From IMG/VR virus record IMGVR_UViG_3300020236_000094, positions 1 through 36,810 of that record: a DNA stretch of 36,810 bases; one strand, written 5' to 3'. Under the pieces are notes generated by a model. That model searched no databases, was not told the DNA's origin, and saw nothing but the letters and a program-made list of their open reading frames with translations. Source of the DNA: a virus (taxonomy: Duplodnaviria > Caudoviricetes). This document shows positions 34,344 through 36,810 of this stretch, piece after piece. The translations under genes were made by a program, and so were the position numbers. Each line of letters starts with the position of its first letter. Within the stretch, counting starts at the first letter, position 1.

Positions 34344-34800
34344 TCTTCTCTTCCTCCACAGGGCAGTAGGCTATAACTTGATCCCAGCAAGTAATTGCCC
34401 TCGATTTAGGAAAAGTCATCATGTTTCCGCTCTTAAGCAGGGCGTGTATTTGCATAGATCCCACTCCCTTTGGCCAGCCAGTACCTAAATAGGGGATGAA
34501 CTGGAAGTTAAGGGGGATGCGGCGCCAGTATTTCCACGCGTAAATTGCTCCATCATGCGGGTATTGATAGCAATTAAGGCCGTCCTTTGTCATGCTTCCT
34601 GCACTTCTTCTGGGTTGCCAACCGTTGTGGGCATCATCCCGAACTTCAACGAGCATCCCTTCGGCGGGAACCCAAACTTCAGGCTCTTCCTTCATCTGTG
34701 CAAGCTGGTATCTTATAGCTTCAATACCATCCTCTATCGCTTTTGATGAGGACATTGCATATAAGAGCTGCAACTGACGTATGACGTATCGATTCTTCAA
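34333..34800 (-). CDS. Hypothetical protein; 5' end disrupted by a 7-nt duplication (ancestral start 34816)
   Basis: ATACGTC ATACGTC; TTG start overlaps the upstream stop. Confidence 0.55.
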   Translation of the reverse strand: MKNRYVIRQLQLLYAMSSSKAIEDGIEAIRYQLAQMKEEPEVWVPAEGMLVEVRDDAHNGWQPRRSAGSMTKDGLNCYQYPHDGAIYAWKYWRRIPLNFQFIPYLGTGWPKGVGSMQIHALLKSGNMMTFPKSRAITCWDQVIAYCPVEEEKNGI

Positions 34801-35186
34801 GTTCTTTTCTGTTCATCTTTCTCTCCTGTTTTAGACTCTTTGTGCAACTCTGCATACTCCTTCACTAGCTCCCGCATGTCCTCGTCAGGTTGTACGCAAT
34901 AACCTAGCTCCTGAAACGAAAAATACAGGTCTCCGCATGGTTCGCACATATAATAAGGGGCGAGGGCTACTGCTTCCCAATCATCACCATGAATCTTTTC
35001 TTCAATGTCATCCTTCGGCCCTCGTGTTCTTTCAAAGGAAATGCACACAGCCCCAAGATCGACAAGCTCGCCACAACTGGAACAACGCTTACGGCGTGCC
35101 CCTGATAGCATTGTGTAGTCGTCCGGGCTGTGCCAATACCACTCACAATCATCATCATAATCGGGACATGAGCACACAAGTGGCAT
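34797..35186 (-). CDS. Cys-rich Zn-binding hypothetical protein
   Basis: CSC, RCSSCG and MCEPCG; TAATG overlap. Confidence 0.75.
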   Translation of the reverse strand: MPLVCSCPDYDDDCEWYWHSPDDYTMLSGARRKRCSSCGELVDLGAVCISFERTRGPKDDIEEKIHGDDWEAVALAPYYMCEPCGDLYFSFQELGYCVQPDEDMRELVKEYAELHKESKTGEKDEQKRT

Positions 35187-35482
35187 TATAAGAGTTCCCC
35201 CTGTTCCTCCCCAATAACGCTATCTAGGCAATCATTAACCTCGTCCAGTCCGTCACGCCATTCACCAGTGCCATGCACGTCCCCTGATGCAATCATTCGC
35301 TGCGGCATTGATTGCATGCGTTTAACCATCCTTAGTGTATCAAGTACAGACTGCATGCTTTCAGTTTCGTGGTCGGCTTTCTGCTGGGTCATGCTGTCGT
35401 TCTCTACCCTGCGAGGATATACATAGACTCGCATCTTGATCTCTCTTTCGACAGTGGCGATTTGTTCAGTAAGGTTTTTCAT
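35186..35482 (-). CDS. Phage hypothetical protein (QIxxVEREIxMRxxVYPR)
   Basis: GAGG RBS; ATGA overlap. Confidence 0.75.
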   Translation of the reverse strand: MKNLTEQIATVEREIKMRVYVYPRRVENDSMTQQKADHETESMQSVLDTLRMVKRMQSMPQRMIASGDVHGTGEWRDGLDEVNDCLDSVIGEEQGELL

Positions 35483-35724
35483 GGCAGTATCCTCGCAGCT
35501 TCGCGCAGATCATTTTCTAGGGCACCAAGCCCTGTTGTTGCTTTCGTTTCTTCCCCTAATTTAGCGCAATAATCTTTACCGTAATACATGCTTGCTTTCC
35601 TACTCGCCATTTCAGCAGCATGGAGCAACCCCTCCTGATAATAGTGCTTGGCGATACTCCGTTCGTGGGTGTTGAGCTGCCCTATTCCTTCCGCCGCCAT
35701 GAAGCCGTCTGGTAGTTTGCTCAT
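35479..35724 (-). CDS. Hypothetical protein
   Basis: Start trimmed to ATG 35724, just after the DUF5131 stop. Confidence 0.6.
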   Translation of the reverse strand: MSKLPDGFMAAEGIGQLNTHERSIAKHYYQEGLLHAAEMASRKASMYYGKDYCAKLGEETKATTGLGALENDLREAARILP

Positions 35725-35731
35725 TTGTTTC

Positions 35732-36727
35732 TCATGTCGGACGCTCATCCCATTCGCAGCCATCCAGGAGGCAGCCGGCAGTTTTCTTGCCGATGCGCAT
35801 ATAAACATCCGTCCCGGTATGGTCGCCGCGGAAGGGTCTTTTCGGATCATAAGGAGCCCCTTGGCTTATCGTTAACCACTCCCCCCATTGTTTAAAAAAG
35901 AACGGCACCCCAGCAGCTTGACACTGATCCCGGATTGAGCGAACCCAGCATGGGCTCATCGGTCGCGCCTTTGGACCGGATTCACCGCCGACAACACACC
36001 AGTCGATAACATTGTGCTGGTTGTAATATCTATTATCGTCGCCGGTCATGAGACAGTTAATTAAACCAGGGGTTGAAATAGATATGTTGTACTCGGGCGG
36101 CAATTCAATTTGTGAAAAGTCTATCGGCCCCAGCAATGGCTCTACACTGATCCACCTAACAGCAGCCGGAGTCTCCAGCAGCAGCGGTATCCGCTCGTCT
36201 GCGGTGGCCTGGTCTTCTACTGATACGCCGAGCCAGATGTTTGGAAGCGGCCACGTCAGACCCATGTCCTCCGGCAACAAAGCGAAAACTCTATCAAGTG
36301 GGTTGCCGGAAAAATAGGCCTCCATAATTTGTGGTCGTTTCGATAAAACTTGAAATGAGTGTTGACCAGCCAGTGCCATAACCGCAAACACCTGGTCGAT
36401 AAACTCGAATGGCACATCCTCATGGAATAAATCGCTCATCGAATTAACAAATATCCTGCGCGGCTTCTTCCAGTGCAGGGGTTTGTTGAGGCGGTCAGGG
36501 TGACAAACCACATCTGTGAATTTTCTTTCCCGCTTGCCGAGCTGGGTTTCCTCCCCCTCAAATTCGAGTACTATTTCTATGGTCGCCTTCCCATAAACTC
36601 GTGGGAATAATCGCTCCGCATAGCAATTCTTGCAACCTTGGCTGACCTTTGTGCAGCCGGTTACCGGATTCCATGTCATTCCAGGAGTGCCGTCGTCGCC
36701 TTTTGTCCATTCAATCGCTGTGCTCAT
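35732..36727 (-). CDS. Phage Gp37/Gp68 (DUF5131) radical-SAM-like protein
   Basis: WNPVTGCTKVSQGCKNCYA, FVNSMSDLFH, SVEPLLG, GGESG and FFFKQWG. Confidence 0.93.
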   Translation of the reverse strand: MSTAIEWTKGDDGTPGMTWNPVTGCTKVSQGCKNCYAERLFPRVYGKATIEIVLEFEGEETQLGKRERKFTDVVCHPDRLNKPLHWKKPRRIFVNSMSDLFHEDVPFEFIDQVFAVMALAGQHSFQVLSKRPQIMEAYFSGNPLDRVFALLPEDMGLTWPLPNIWLGVSVEDQATADERIPLLLETPAAVRWISVEPLLGPIDFSQIELPPEYNISISTPGLINCLMTGDDNRYYNQHNVIDWCVVGGESGPKARPMSPCWVRSIRDQCQAAGVPFFFKQWGEWLTISQGAPYDPKRPFRGDHTGTDVYMRIGKKTAGCLLDGCEWDERPT

Positions 36728-36810
36728 TCGCTTAACTCCATTTGTGCCTGTTCACAGGTTTCCATTTTTCATAGGCAACTCTGTCTCCTGCCGCTCCAGA
36801 AGTTCCTCCA

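Larger units (their letters stand above)
33584..34830. repeat. Dispersed duplication: 93 bp identical (33584-33676 = 34691-34783) plus a thrice-repeated gene start (33678-33701, 34038-34077, 34793-34830)
   Basis: Direct comparison of the sequence. Confidence 0.9.

Noticed and set aside
33584-34783. 93-bp duplication as a DGR template/variable repeat pair
   Set aside because: The copies are identical with no adenine-specific mismatches, they lie at gene 5' ends, and no reverse transcriptase is in the window

Overview
This is most of a tailed dsDNA phage genome with P22-like short-tail organisation. The host is probably a Gram-negative gammaproteobacterium, inferred from the spanins, the dif-like site and the attC style. 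The window looks like a circularly permuted slice. There are four blocks. (1) Back-to-back sigma70 promoters at ~650-695 drive a leftward operon and a rightward operon (721-4971); the rightward one holds a Cro-like HTH, small genes, a ~450-nt highly structured non-coding element, an initiator-like C-terminal domain and a PD-(D/E)xK nuclease. (2) A minus-strand late block (27289 to 4998): terS, ~640 bp non-coding, hypothetical, glycosyltransferase, methyltransferase, terL, portal, scaffold, N4-gp56-type capsid, adaptor, nozzle, GNAT, three ejection proteins, tail fibre/accessory genes and lysis genes. (3) A plus-strand early block (27424-29800) with a near-consensus promoter and a terminator. 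(4) A minus-strand nin-like block (36810 to 30200) with DUF5131, an adenine MTase, NinB and a YbcO-like nuclease. No integrase, polymerase, tRNA or CRISPR array is visible. The most unusual signals are three dispersed copies of an attI-like site, each followed by an integron-type cassette carrying an inverted gene; a near-perfect XerC/D dif site with an adjacent IHF consensus; and the large structured RNA in the replication position. All product calls come from motif recognition and synteny; no database searches were run.
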